64,000 bases of DNA from Eledone cirrhosa. Taxonomy: Eukaryota. The position numbers were made by a program, and so were the translations under genes. Shown here piece by piece: positions 30,019-42,778 of this stretch (position 1 is the first letter of the stretch; every line of letters begins with the position of its first letter). The notes under the pieces are model-generated. The model worked only from the letters and a program-made list of their open reading frames with translations, was not told the origin of the DNA and searched no databases. Location of the stretch: NCBI GenBank assembly GCA_964016885.1, contig OZ024742.1:35030001-35094000 (forward strand), read 5' to 3'.

Positions 30019-30120
30019 CTGTGTACAGACTTATTGTACAGACTACCATGTTACTCTTATTTCTTGAATTATTATTATATATATATATATATTATATATA
30101 TATATTATATATATATATAT

Positions 30121-30535
30121 AATTAAAAGTTTAACAAGGTTCAATGAATTAATCAATGAATAAAGTTTCACAATAGATTAGAAGCACTCTACAAAAAGGT
30201 TTTCTGGAGTTATTAATATAACTTCAAAATATTAATAAATATAGACATTCATGTGATCAAATATATTTTATTATACATATTTCAGAGGTACTGAGCTATT
30301 TCAACAGTACGTCCTCGTCAGATAAAATAAGTTGATGCCCGACATACCTTGACTATGTTGATGGTTATAATTCTGCCATGACTGAATTATAACCATCAAC
30401 ATAGTCAAGGTATGTCAGGCATCAACTTATTTTATCTGATGAGGACGTACTGTTGAAATAGCTCAGTACCTCTGAAATATGTATAATAAAATATATTTGA
30501 TCACATGAATGTCTATATTTATTAATATTTTGAAG

Positions 30536-30541
<6 letters not shown>
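30121..30541. mobile_element. Fold-back palindrome 30216-30541 (158-bp arms) with hammerhead 30428-30493 and its mirror; 95-nt left extension
   Basis: Near-perfect arms, 10-nt loop; TATTTTAT-CTGATGA-GTACTG/CAGTAC-GAAA..ATAAAATA. Confidence 0.88.
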
Positions 30542-30573
<32 letters not shown>

Positions 30574-30577
<4 letters not shown>

Positions 30578-33500
30578 CGAAGGAAATGTGGTAAGGAACC
30601 AGGTGGACCATAACGCACCAAAGTACTCAATACTTGAGGTAGTAGAGTGGGTAATAGGAACCAGTAAGACCCCGACAGCTGAGCTCAAGCCGTTTCGACG
30701 GCTAATTCTGGACTAAAGGAAAATTTATCCTGGTATTTAAATAGCCGATCTTCTCAAGGGGTAATTCCATATATGGTCAAAGTGATTGTCAAAAATCAGT
30801 AGTAATTCTGTGGTTGCAAATTAGTAGGGGAGATGGTGGCTAAACCTGCCAGTAGGAGAAAGAGGGGAGGGGGTGGAGTAGACCCAATCAAGCGTTGGTA
30901 GTGCCAGCTACAGCTGGGCATGAGGTCAAAGAAGATACAGGGGAGGGGGAGGGGGAGGAAGTCGGAACGGTAGGTAGAACAATGGGGGATAGAAATAGGA
31001 AAGAAAAAAAAAAATACTGAGAGTGAAGAAAAGCAAATAAGTGTAAAGAAAAAAGTAAAGTAAATTAAATACTACGACCTAGGTCTCAGGTTATTGTTAG
31101 GCAGAATAAAATAAAATAAAGAAAGAAATAAATAAGTAAAGAAATAAATAAATAAGGAAATAACGAAATAAGTAAAAGAACTAGGTGGGACGAAATAGGC
31201 AATGACCCTTTTAAGAGGTATAAGTACGTAAATGATACGGTGACGGGTCAACAAAAAGGGCCAAAATACTAAAGAGACTACCACGAAATAAACAATAAAG
31301 GTTTCCATCCCGGGCCAGCAACGACCCAGTGCAGCAAAGTGAACTTGTACGAGATAATAATTCTGAGTCCCGAGAAAAATATATACTAATGCTAACTCTA
31401 AAAGATCTAAAACAAGCTACAAGAAAGTTCGTACGAAATAAAGGTAGAATACGGAGAAATAAATTCAGAATCCACCCCACCCAGAAGAAAAGCGAAGCAA
31501 GAAATACTGAAACGAAAAAATAAGGCATAAGTGCCACTAAGAAATATAGAGGGCACAGAGAATAGTGGGAGCGGTCGGAAAAAGGGGGCAAGTATCCGGG
31601 GTCTAAGCCAACTGCTATAAAAGGCGGAGTCCGCCAAATCTATCATAGACTAGGGGAGGGGGTGGTGGGGGTACTAAGGCTACATGGGGCCAAAGGGCAG
31701 CCTCGGGTGGGCGAGAAAAGACGCCGACAAAGGAGAAGAGCTGGGGTAGAAGGACTAAGGAGAGAGGGGGGAAGGAAATAAAGGAAGCGATAAAAGAATA
31801 CAAAGAAGATCTTACGTCTTCCTTGGCAAGCAGGGGTTACCCATTGCAAAATCGGCAAGTGGGGTGTTATAGCCCTAGTCTACCACCCCGGGTCATTATG
31901 GGGTTTGAGGGCGAGGTAAGTCCTACGCAATCTATGTTTACATGCAGTGACCAGTTCATCTTTCTTGTTTAGGAGTTGGTCCGTCGAAAACAGCATTTGT
32001 AAAGTTTCCTCCGAGCATAAATTGCACGGACGGCGTCCTCCCGTGTAAGAATTGGCTCTGGACAGTAATCTCCAAGTGAGATCATAGGTGATGTTGTTGT
32101 CCTTGAGGTCCCATATGTGGCCCGAAAGTGTAGTGGCGTGACGCCGGGCCGGGTTTCGGAAGGTATGTCTATGTTGGTATAGCCGGGTCTTGAAGTCACA
32201 TGCGGTAAGTCCTATATAGGCTTTGTTGGAGGTATCCGTCCTCACGTTGCACTGGTAGATCACATTACGGTCTCTGCATCTATTGTCGAGTGGGCAAATA
32301 GATCTATCCGGGCAGTTACACCTCCTGGTCGGTTCTCCACTGCTATTTAGGTTATTTCTGCCATCGGGGTTGAGTTTTTTGTTGTTAGAGGAGACGATGT
32401 TTTGTGCGAAGTTTGGTGTAGTGCTGTAAGAGAGTTTGATGGTATTTTTGTTAATTATGTTGTGGTAGCGGTGTTGTAATGGGAAGTGTTTTTCAATGAG
32501 CCTAAAGAATAGTTTCCCGATGGGAGTTGTCACCTCTGCGTTGTGGGGAGGATTGAACCATGTTACATTGCGTGAGCGGCGGTGTCTCCTGCTGGTTCCG
32601 CTAATGGGAGCTGGACAGTAGGATATTTCCTCCCGGAAACCACTCCGCTTGAGGGCCTGGTTGTAATAAGGCGCATGTTCATCGAATATCCGCTCATTAG
32701 CTGACAAACGGGATATGCGGAGGGAGATGTTTTTGACCAGGTTGTTTGTGATGTTCCTAGGATGGTTTGATCGGCGGTGGATGTAGTGCAGATTGTCATT
32801 AGGTTTCCTGTATGGGTAGTACAGGTCGTTTTCGAGGTCGAGGGTCACGTCCAGGAAGTTTACTCGGGTCAGGGACGTTTGTAGGGTTATTTTAAATCCC
32901 CAGTCGCGGAAGAATCTGATTAATTGTTTCCGGACCCGATCTGTACTACTGGGGTTGTACCCTTTAAGGGTAAGGAGCCCATCATCACGGTACAATCCAC
33001 CACCGAATGCAGGAAACATATCAGTGAGTTTGGCTATTAGGAATAATCCTATAAGATCTGTGACCTCCGCCGAATCCGTGGCGCCCATGCTGACGTCGAA
33101 GGGTGAGTCGGGAGCTCTTTTTATCCATTTAGAGTCGTCAAAGAGTAAGACTGTCTTCCTGGCGTGGAGGATGATTTTTCTTTCCTGGTCGGTGATGGGC
33201 ACAAGTGTTTCGGCGAAGTCCAAGGCGGCAGTAAGTAGCGGTAAGGTGATTGAAGCATAGTAGCTCTCTATGTCGAACTGTATGAATTTAGTTTCTCGTT
33301 TATCCTCCATATTGCTGAACCAGGAGATTACTTCCTGGGTGTTGATCCATAGGCTAAGTCGGGTGTGTTGCTTGACTTTTGGTATCACGCGGTCTAGGAT
33401 TTTTTTGCTGATTCTCCCTATGTCGGACTTCGTTGGGTTAATAAGCCTGATAGAGGGTTTACGGTCAAAATCGGATTTATGGTCCTTCAGTGTGAAGTAT

Positions 33501-35533
33501 GGTGTCCGTGGGTCTAGAGGTTCCGTGCGGTCGGCGACCCCGAGGCTGGAGGTGATTTGTTGTCCATCTCGATTTATGTCCTCGATGCAAGAGTGGTTGG
33601 CCTTTTTATAGGTGGAGTTTAGGCTGCTCCTGATCAGTGTGTGGTATCTGTCAGGGTTGACAAAGTATAGGTTCCCAGTTTTATCCGAATGCACCATGAT
33701 GTCATTTGTGTTATCATACTCTGTTAAGTTGCTACGGAGTTTTTGTAGGAATCGGTTGTGTCTGGGTTTAAATTTAATGTTCTTGACCAGTTGGAAGAGG
33801 TCATTCTCGAAGGGTGCGAGCAAGGGGTTCAGGGGCGGAGATTTGTAGGTAATAAATCCGAATCTCTCCTTGGTGCCGAAGTCTTGGTTGTCGCAATATC
33901 TGTCATAGAAAAAAGTTCTCCATCTAAGTCTTTTCGCAAATAGATCAATTTTTTGCGTGAGCATCCGAAGGTAAAGTTTTTTCGGTGGGATTGGGATGTT
34001 CTTGGTAGAGAAGTCAATGTTGTGTTTTCGCATGGTGCGGGTGAAATGAATTGAGCTTAGCGGAAAAGTCTGGATACGGCGTGGTAGGGTCGGAAAGTGC
34101 TCTACTACGGGAGTAGGAGCTAGATAACGAAGGAAATGTGGTAAGGAACCAGGTGGACCATAACGCACCGGGGGGGGGTAGACTAGGGCTATAACACCCC
34201 ACTTGCCGATTTTGCAATGGGTAACCCCTGCTTGCCAAGGAAGACGTAAGATCTTCTTTGTATTCTTTTATCGCTTCCTTTATTTCCTTCCCCCCTCTCT
34301 CCTTAGTCCTTCTACCCCAGCTCTTCTCCTTTGTCGGCGTCTTTTCTCGCCCACCCGAGGCTGCCCTTTGGCCCCATGTAGCCTTAGTACCCCCACCACC
34401 ACCTCCCCTAGTCTATGATAGATTTGGCGGACTCCGCCCTTTATAGCAGTTGGCTTAGACCCCGGATACTTGCCCCCTTTTTCCGACCGCTCCCACTATT
34501 CTCTGTGCCCTCTATATTTCTTAGTGGCACTTATGCCTTATTTTTTCGTTTCAGTATTTCTTGCTTCGCTTTTCTTCTGGGTGGGGTGGATTCTGAATTT
34601 ATTTCTCCGTATTCTACCTTTATTTCGTACGAACTTTCTTGTAGCTTGTTTTAGATCTTTTAGAGTTAGCATTAGTATATATTTTTCTCGGGACTCAGAA
34701 TTATTATCTCGTACAAGTTCACTTTGCTGCACTGGGTCGTTGCTGGCCCGGGATGGAAACCTTTATTGTTTATTTCGTGGTAGTCTCTTTAGTATTTTGG
34801 CCCTTTTTGTTGACCCGTCACCGTATCATTTACGTACTTATACCTCTTAAAAGGGTCATTGCCTATTTCGTCCCACCTAGTTCTTTTACTTATTTCGTTA
34901 TTTCCTTATTTATTTCTTTCTTTACTTATTTATTTCTTTCTTTATTTTATTTTATTCTGCCTAACAATAGCCTGAGACCTAGGTCGTAGTATTTAATTTA
35001 CTTTACTTTTTTCTTTACACTTATTTGCTTTTCTTCACTCTCAGTATTTTTTTTTTTTTCTTTCCTATTTCTACCCCCCATTGTTCTACCTACCGTTCCG
35101 ACTTCCTCCCCCTCCCCCTCCCCTGTATCTTCTTTGATCTCATGCCCAGCTGTAGCTGGCACTACCAACGCTTGATTGGGTCTACTCCACCCCCTCCCCT
35201 CTTTCTCCTACTGGCAGGTTTAGCCACCATCTCCCCTACTAATTTGCAACCACAGAATTACTACTGATTTTTGACAATCACTTTGACCATATATGGAATT
35301 ACCCCTTGAGAAGATCGGCTATTTAAATACCAGGATAAATTTTCATTTAGTCCAGAATTAGCCGTCGAAACGGCTTGAGCTCAGCTGTCGGGGTCTTACT
35401 GGTTCCTATATATATATATATATATATATATATAACGAAGGAAATGTGGTAGGGAACCAGGTGGACCATAACGCACCAAAGTACTCAATACTTGAGGTAG
35501 TAGAGTGGGTAATAGGAACCAGTAAGACCCCGA
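30574..35533 (-). mobile_element. Apparently full-ORF Naiad-like Penelope-like element with about 1.23-kb inverted pseudo-LTRs (30654-31884 / 34177-35409)
   Basis: Near-identical inverted arms; tandem terminal remnant 34124-34169; extra terminus 35432-35533; (TA)n flanks. Confidence 0.93.
31880..34033 (-). CDS. Uninterrupted PLE RT + GIY-YIG endonuclease protein (717 aa from the ATG at 34033)
   Basis: FSTKNIPIP, SDKTGN, FDIESYY, SMGATDSAE, GLYRDDG, SNHP, CNC-x5-CPL-x3-C, VIY..YIG, CNLC..E, CKH. Confidence 0.93.
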   Translation of the reverse strand: MRKHNIDFSTKNIPIPPKKLYLRMLTQKIDLFAKRLRWRTFFYDRYCDNQDFGTKERFGFITYKSPPLNPLLAPFENDLFQLVKNIKFKPRHNRFLQKLRSNLTEYDNTNDIMVHSDKTGNLYFVNPDRYHTLIRSSLNSTYKKANHSCIEDINRDGQQITSSLGVADRTEPLDPRTPYFTLKDHKSDFDRKPSIRLINPTKSDIGRISKKILDRVIPKVKQHTRLSLWINTQEVISWFSNMEDKRETKFIQFDIESYYASITLPLLTAALDFAETLVPITDQERKIILHARKTVLLFDDSKWIKRAPDSPFDVSMGATDSAEVTDLIGLFLIAKLTDMFPAFGGGLYRDDGLLTLKGYNPSSTDRVRKQLIRFFRDWGFKITLQTSLTRVNFLDVTLDLENDLYYPYRKPNDNLHYIHRRSNHPRNITNNLVKNISLRISRLSANERIFDEHAPYYNQALKRSGFREEISYCPAPISGTSRRHRRSRNVTWFNPPHNAEVTTPIGKLFFRLIEKHFPLQHRYHNIINKNTIKLSYSTTPNFAQNIVSSNNKKLNPDGRNNLNSSGEPTRRCNCPDRSICPLDNRCRDRNVIYQCNVRTDTSNKAYIGLTACDFKTRLYQHRHTFRNPARRHATTLSGHIWDLKDNNITYDLTWRLLSRANSYTGGRRPCNLCSEETLQMLFSTDQLLNKKDELVTACKHRLRRTYLALKPHNDPGW

Positions 35534-35553
35534 ATTGATGCGCGCAACCGGCA

Positions 35554-35660
<107 letters not shown>

Positions 35661-36186
35661 CTGAAGTGGGTGAGAGAGAGAGAGAGATGTATTATATGCA
35701 TATATATGTATGTGTACATACATATAATATGTGTGTGTATATATATTTATTTCATGTTATATTCTATAGTCAATCCATAATCTATCACTTGTTTATTGAC
35801 TGTGTCTAAGGTAATTTATACTTGGTTCAATAAATAAGAGATTGGTTATAAAATATGCACCAAACGTGAAATAAAACGTAGTGGGGATCGGTATGGGAAA
35901 TTAAAATCACTTAAATGTTGTGATCCAGCATGGCCGCAATCTAATGACTGGAACCGGTAAAAGAATAAAGGAATTTCCCCAGATGCAATGAGGAAATGAA
36001 GAAGAATGGACAAAGAACAGCAATCAAAGAGTGAGTATGTGTTTAAGATTTGATGAAAAGAAAAGAGATCTGGGGTGTGGTGTAGTGTGGTGTAGTGTGG
36101 TAGTGGGGAAGACGGTGAAGGAAGCTTTTGTACTGTAACAACTCAATAGACACAGCTGTCATATGTGTATACATACACACACGCAC

Positions 36187-36242
<56 letters not shown>

Positions 36243-36246
36243 GGGG

Positions 36247-36391
<145 letters not shown>

Positions 36392-36395
36392 AATA

Positions 36396-36440
<45 letters not shown>

Positions 36441-36446
<6 letters not shown>

Positions 36447-36960
36447 TTAAAATATATGATAAACACGAAATGTGTTTATATTGCAACAGACAAAGTTAGC
36501 TATTAATGAAATAAACTAATTAAAGTGAATACAATTTGTCTGTCTCGATATAAGTCAATAAAGACAAGCTTATATTGGCAACGGCCATGATTCCTGGACA
36601 GATTTAAATTTCAAAATTCAAACCTGTTCTGTAGACGAATTTGAACCTCGAAACCTAAATAAGTTTAGGTTTCGAGGTTCAAATTCGTCTACAGAACAGG
36701 TTTGAATTTTGAAATTTAAATCTGTCCAGGAATCATGGCCGTTGCCAATATAAGCTTGTCTTTATTGACTTATATCGAGACAGACAAATTGTATTCACTT
36801 TAATTAGTTTATTTCATTAATAGCTAACTTTGTCTGTTGCAATATAAACACATTTCGTGTTTATCATATATTTTAAATGTATTTAACTGCTCGGAAGAGC
36901 CCCTTCCTGGAGCTTAATTATTGTAAACGACTGAGAGTTTATTCTCAAAATATAATATAA
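36441..36960. repeat. Perfect 219-bp-arm palindrome (36441-36659 / 36664-36882, 4-nt loop) plus right extension
   Basis: No mismatch seen by eye; (TA)n on both sides. Confidence 0.92.
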
Positions 36961-36977
36961 TATATATATATATAATA

Positions 36978-37528
36978 TAGGATCAAAAGATGGTTAAAAG
37001 AGTTCCAAGTATTTTATTATGCGCATTTCAAAAACAAATATCATCATGGGATGATATCTGCGTTCTCATCAGATAAAATAGGGATACATGATATGAAGCT
37101 TAAAAAACACTTGTGAATAGTGAAGTTTTAAATCAACATATGAAAAATAAATTAAGATTGATGTATGAGATTGGAAAAAAGTGATGGGGTTTGGAAAAGG
37201 TAAGGAAGAGGAAGAGATGAGAGTAAAGAATGGTGGGGAAGAGTATAAGAAGGAAGGATGAGAGAGGAGGAGAGATGGGTGATAGAGAGAGAGAGATAGC
37301 ATTTACAACTGAGAAAAAAATATATATTGTCTCACAGAGAGAAATTAAAAAGCCGTTGGAAGATAATAGATAATTTAAAAGAATTTGAAATTAAAAGTTA
37401 ATGAGGTTTATGCATTCACAAGTGTTTTTTTAAGCTTCATATCATGTATCCCTATTTTATCTGATGAGAACGCAGATATCATCCCATGATGATATTTGTT
37501 TTTGAAATGCGCATGATAAAATACTTGG
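36978..37528. mobile_element. PLE-type terminus with inverted copy (37003-37118 / 37413-37528); hammerheads at 37010-37080 (-) and 37453-37523 (+)
   Basis: TATTTTAT-CTGATGA..GAAA-TGCGCA-TA-ATAAAATA; diverged family member at 42260-42715. Confidence 0.82.
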
Positions 37529-37529
37529 C

Positions 37530-39479
37530 TTTTTTAAAAGGCTTTTTTTTTTTAAATGTAATTTGATTGATTATAAATGAAATTATGTCTGTCACGTTAA
37601 CAAGTTCATTAAAATTTCGCGCCCGTATTTGGGAATTTATTTTGTAGCCTTTTACAGAATTTTATGACAATAAAAAAAGTGGCTCACGAAGGCATTTTTT
37701 TATGTAATTTGATTAGTTATAAATGAAATTATGGAAAAAAGCTTCATCACCGAGGGATTAAAACTTATCTTACAGAACAGCTTTTTTGATTTCGATGGCA
37801 GTACTTACAAGCAAATATCGGGGACTGCGATGGGTACAAAAGCCGCTCCAACTTATGCCAACTTAGTCATGGCATACTTAGAAGTCCAGATTTATGAACA
37901 ATCCAAATCAAAATACAGATTGAACTTCCACAAATATTTATCAGAGAATTGGAAACGCTACTTGGATGATTGTCTCATTCTTTGGCCCCACACACTCGAT
38001 CAACTGAATGATTTCAAAAATTTAATAAACGGCATCAATAACCACATCCAATTCACAATGGAATACAGCCAAGATCAACTCCCATTTGTGGACATCTTAA
38101 TCTTTAAAAAAGACACAAATATTGAAACTGACATACACTACAAACCAACAGATTCCAAACAATACCTGCTATTCACCTCCAACCATCCAAAGCACACGAA
38201 GACGAACATTCCTTTTAACCTAGCAAGAAGAATTTGCACAATTGTCTCCAATTATGAAACGCGAAATAAAAGACTTCAAGAATTAAAGGAAATTCTACTT
38301 GAAAGACAGTACCCACCATTACTAATAAATAATGGAATAGAAAGGGCTAAAGTAATAGGCATTGATGAATTACGAAAACAGAAACAAATTCAAGGTACGT
38401 CCAATATTCTATCATATATCTCAACACACAACCCAAGAAATGCGGAAGCTTACAACACTATTCACAAGAACATCCCACTACTGAAACAAGACCCAAGAAT
38501 GAAAAAAGCCCTTGAAACACACAAAATAATCAAAAGCAAAAGACAACCGAAATCGCTGAAAACATTACTCCCCAATGCCAAATTACCTACTACAAACCCA
38601 CAACCAACTGTAAAAAAATGCGGTCGCTCTAATTGTGGAACCTGTACTCACCTCATTGAAGGCAACACGTATACATTTAAATCAGGACAAAATTTTGCTG
38701 TAAAAAGTCACTTCACTTGCTCATCAAAAAAATCTACTTTATGCCATTAAATATAAAGGATGCAATGAAGATTATATAGGACAAACTAAACTCACACTCA
38801 GAAATAGAATGACAGTTCATCGCCAACAATTACGAGATCCAACCACGAGACAGATACCACTAAGCGCATATCTAGACATTTGCGCGCGTAATAAGACACC
38901 CAAATTCCAAGTTTTCCCATTTTACCTTACCGCTGACAATACAACAGAACAAATACGAATAAATAAGGAAAATATGTTTATTCAAAAATATAGACCAGCA
39001 TTAAATGTGGTTTAATATACATTATGTAAACACCATAACATGCTAACCATCCAAACAGACACATACACACACACATAACACCTTTTACTTTAGAAAATAA
39101 AAACCCGAACTAAATAAACCTTAACATACGCTTGCGCTGACAATACAACAGAACAAATACGAATAAGTAAGGAAAATATGTTCATTCAAAAATATTCCTA
39201 CTAACGGAATCATTTTCCTACACACACACACTCACACACACAATATATATTCTCTTCATCTTAACATGCTAACCATACTCCCACACACACATAACACCCC
39301 CACACACACACAACTCCCTCCCCTATTTCTACTAATAGAATCACTTTCCTACACACACACACACACAAAATATATATATTCTCTCCATCTTAACATACTC
39401 CCACACACACACACACATAACACCCATATACACACACACACAACTCCCTCCCCCATTTCTACCAATAGAATCATCTTCC

Positions 39480-39541
<62 letters not shown>

Positions 39542-40280
39542 TATGTCTACTTTCTTTATTTCAATAAAAAATCTGAACTCTGACACCCCAGCGAACTAAC
39601 CATATTCACTGAACCAGAACAATTCTCCCATCCCATTTCTCTTGACCATTCTTTTGCTTGTCATAAAATTCTCTAAATGGCAACAAAAGAAATTCCCAAA
39701 TACGGGCGCGGAACTTGTTCATGTGACAGTCATAATTTCATTTATAACCAATCAAATTGCATTCTTTTAAAAAAGCCTTCGAGAGCCACTTTTTTTTTGT
39801 CATAAAATTCTGTAAAAGGCTACAAACTAAATTCCCAAATACGGGCGTGAAATTTTAATGAACTTGTTCACGTGAGAGCAATAATTTCATTTATAACCAA
39901 TCAAATTACATCTTTTTTTAAAAAAAAGCCTTCGTGAGCCCCTTTTTTAAAGTAAAAAGTAATTCAAACATTCATATATGAAAAAATAACCTGACCCCCC
40001 CCCCCCCCCTGTTTGAAGAACTTTGTAACACGAACTGGCGCGAAATTTATTATACTTATTGGCCAACCAATCAAATTACTTCTCTAAAAACCTGGCGTTT
40101 CGAGCCACTTTTTTCCATATAAAACAAGTAACATTCAAAGACCAACCAGATATGAGAAAAACCACTGACCCTCCATCTCAACTCTACTTTTGAAAAGCAG
40201 AACTGCGAAACCGGTAAAGGAACCAAATAAATATATATTTTTTTTTAAATAAGACTCCAGTTGCATTTTCGATTGCATCT
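37530..40280 (+). mobile_element. 5'-truncated Penelope-like element (ORFs 37731-38750 and 38809-39015, frameshifted) with inverted 3'-UTR piece 37530-37732
   Basis: GTAMGTKAAPTYANL, RYLDD, KPTDSKQYL, HP, CGRSNCGTC, YIGQT..RMTVH..E..FI..LN; 37530-37732 mirrors about 39730-39930. Confidence 0.88.
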
Positions 40281-40285
40281 TTTTT

Positions 40286-40340
<55 letters not shown>

Positions 40341-40398
40341 TTCGTTTCTGAATTTGTTTAGCAAGATTCTTATTGGCAACATGACCATCCCAAAGCAT

Positions 40399-40493
<95 letters not shown>

Positions 40494-41261
40494 ATATATT
40501 TTTTTTTTTATATATATATATATATATATTTGCAAATTACTGAAAATATCGAATAATGTACACCATTTTCACCAGTATCACAAAAATACTGGTCCATCCA
40601 CACACACACACACACATACAATAATACACACATACACACACACATACACACACACACACATACGCACGCGTACACTAACATACAAACAGGCATACACATA
40701 CACACACACTTCTCCGTATAAGACAAGAGCTGAAAAATATCTTTCAACATGTTAAAATATCCCCCACATACGTACACACACATTCCTACTGACCGAATTT
40801 ATTTCCTCTACCACGAACCACTTTCAGTGACTTCTCAATCAGGCGAAAAAGGACACTCTTCGACAAACCTACATTTGGCGCAAAATCAATTTTTAACATT
40901 CACGTGACCTCTACCGACCAATCAAAATGGTTTTGACTACAAGAATTTTTGCAACACGAATTGGCGCGAAATTTATAGTAGTCATTCTCGTGACATTCAA
41001 CAACCTACCAAATCTTAATACCTCTGGAGCCACTTTTTTCACATAAAACAGGAAGAATTTCCCAAACTGATCAGATTAGAGCAAACATCACGAACGCTCT
41101 ATCTCAAAATTATTTTTGAAAAGCATTAGAAATGCGCAACCGGTAAAAACTTCAAACTAAAACTGAATACTAACCAATACTTATTACTAATTTATACTTA
41201 TTTCTAATTAAACTATTCTTCACTGGGAAAAATTTGTCAGCATTTTCTTTTCCTTTTACTA

Positions 41262-41503
<242 letters not shown>

Positions 41504-42609
41504 CCAGAACTTGTAATTTATGCCTAGCGGAAAAATTTACCATTATCTCTAATTTTAACTCTATAATAAATAGACGCACAGATTTATTTTCGCTTTGCAT
41601 CCATAAATCGCTTAGGTCATTTCACGAAGTATACAGCTAATATCTTACTCCATAATTAAGATTAAAATCTTTTTCTCGCACATATATATCTCTTTTTTAC
41701 ACATATACCCCTTTTTCTACCATATTTCAGGGCATTCTACAAAGTTCATTCATATTATGACGTTTTTGGTCCCCTAATTTTTTAATTTATTTAACTTTTT
41801 AATTCACTATAGCAAATTCCTTTATCTTCTTGGGGATACAAATTTTCTTTTAAATAGTTCATCTTTATATCATTTTTTCTCAACATTACTTTTTAAGTCG
41901 CAATATTTCCCAATGTTTTACTTCAAATCCATTAATATTAGCATTAGGTTAATTTTGTAAACAAATTTTTGACGTAATATTTTTCTTCCTCGTATTTTTC
42001 TTTTTTCTCTCTTTCCATGCTTGTATTAACTTAAATAATTACTTTTTCTATTACAATCTATTGAAACAAACTAGGGCCCTATATCGTCTTCTAAGCTTAT
42101 AAATCATTTAATTTTATTTTCATTCACCTTATCTTTTACTTTATTTTATCTTAATAATACATTTTAATAAATTTTTCCACATCTAAATAATACCTTCACT
42201 ATATAAACCCTAAATAAATAGTATACTTAATTTCTTTATCTGTAATCATAAGCATCATGATTCATAAACCTCATTAACTTTTAATTTTTTAATTTATTTA
42301 ATTTATTTATAAATTTACAACCGTTTTTTTTTTCAGTTATTTCTCTGTGGAGACATCGTTTCTCAGTTTAAACGTTTATCTCTCTCTCTTTCTCTCCTCT
42401 CTCTTTCTCTCTCGTTCCTCCTTCTTATACTCTTCCTCCGTTATCCTTTCCTTCTTTTTTCTTTTTTCCTTTCTTCACCTTCCTTACTTTTTCCCCCCCT
42501 TCCTTTCCTTTTTTCCAATCTCCTATATCCTTTTAAATTTATTTATCATATTTTGATTTGACACTACCTTGCTCAAAAGTGTTTTTTTAAGCTTCATATC
42601 ACGTCTCCC

Positions 42610-42680
42610 TATTTTATCTGATGAGAACGCAAATATCGTCGCAGGGTGATATTTGTTTTTGAAATGCGCATAATAAAATA
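42610..42680 (+). ncRNA. Type-I hammerhead motif (same family as 37453)
   Basis: TATTTTAT-CTGATGA-GAAC..CAAATATC/GATATTTG..GAAA-TGCGCA-TA-ATAAAATA. Confidence 0.7.
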
Positions 42681-42721
42681 CATGGAACTTTTTAAACCAT
42701 TTTTTAATTTCTTCTTATATA

Positions 42722-42760
<39 letters not shown>

Positions 42761-42778
42761 ATATATATGCATATATAT

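Noticed and set aside
31072-35267. Duplicated hydrophobic membrane-protein-like ORFs (31072-31858 and 34203-34989)
   Set aside because: Mirror-image frames of the T-rich PLE UTR in the two inverted arms; no splice or domain evidence.
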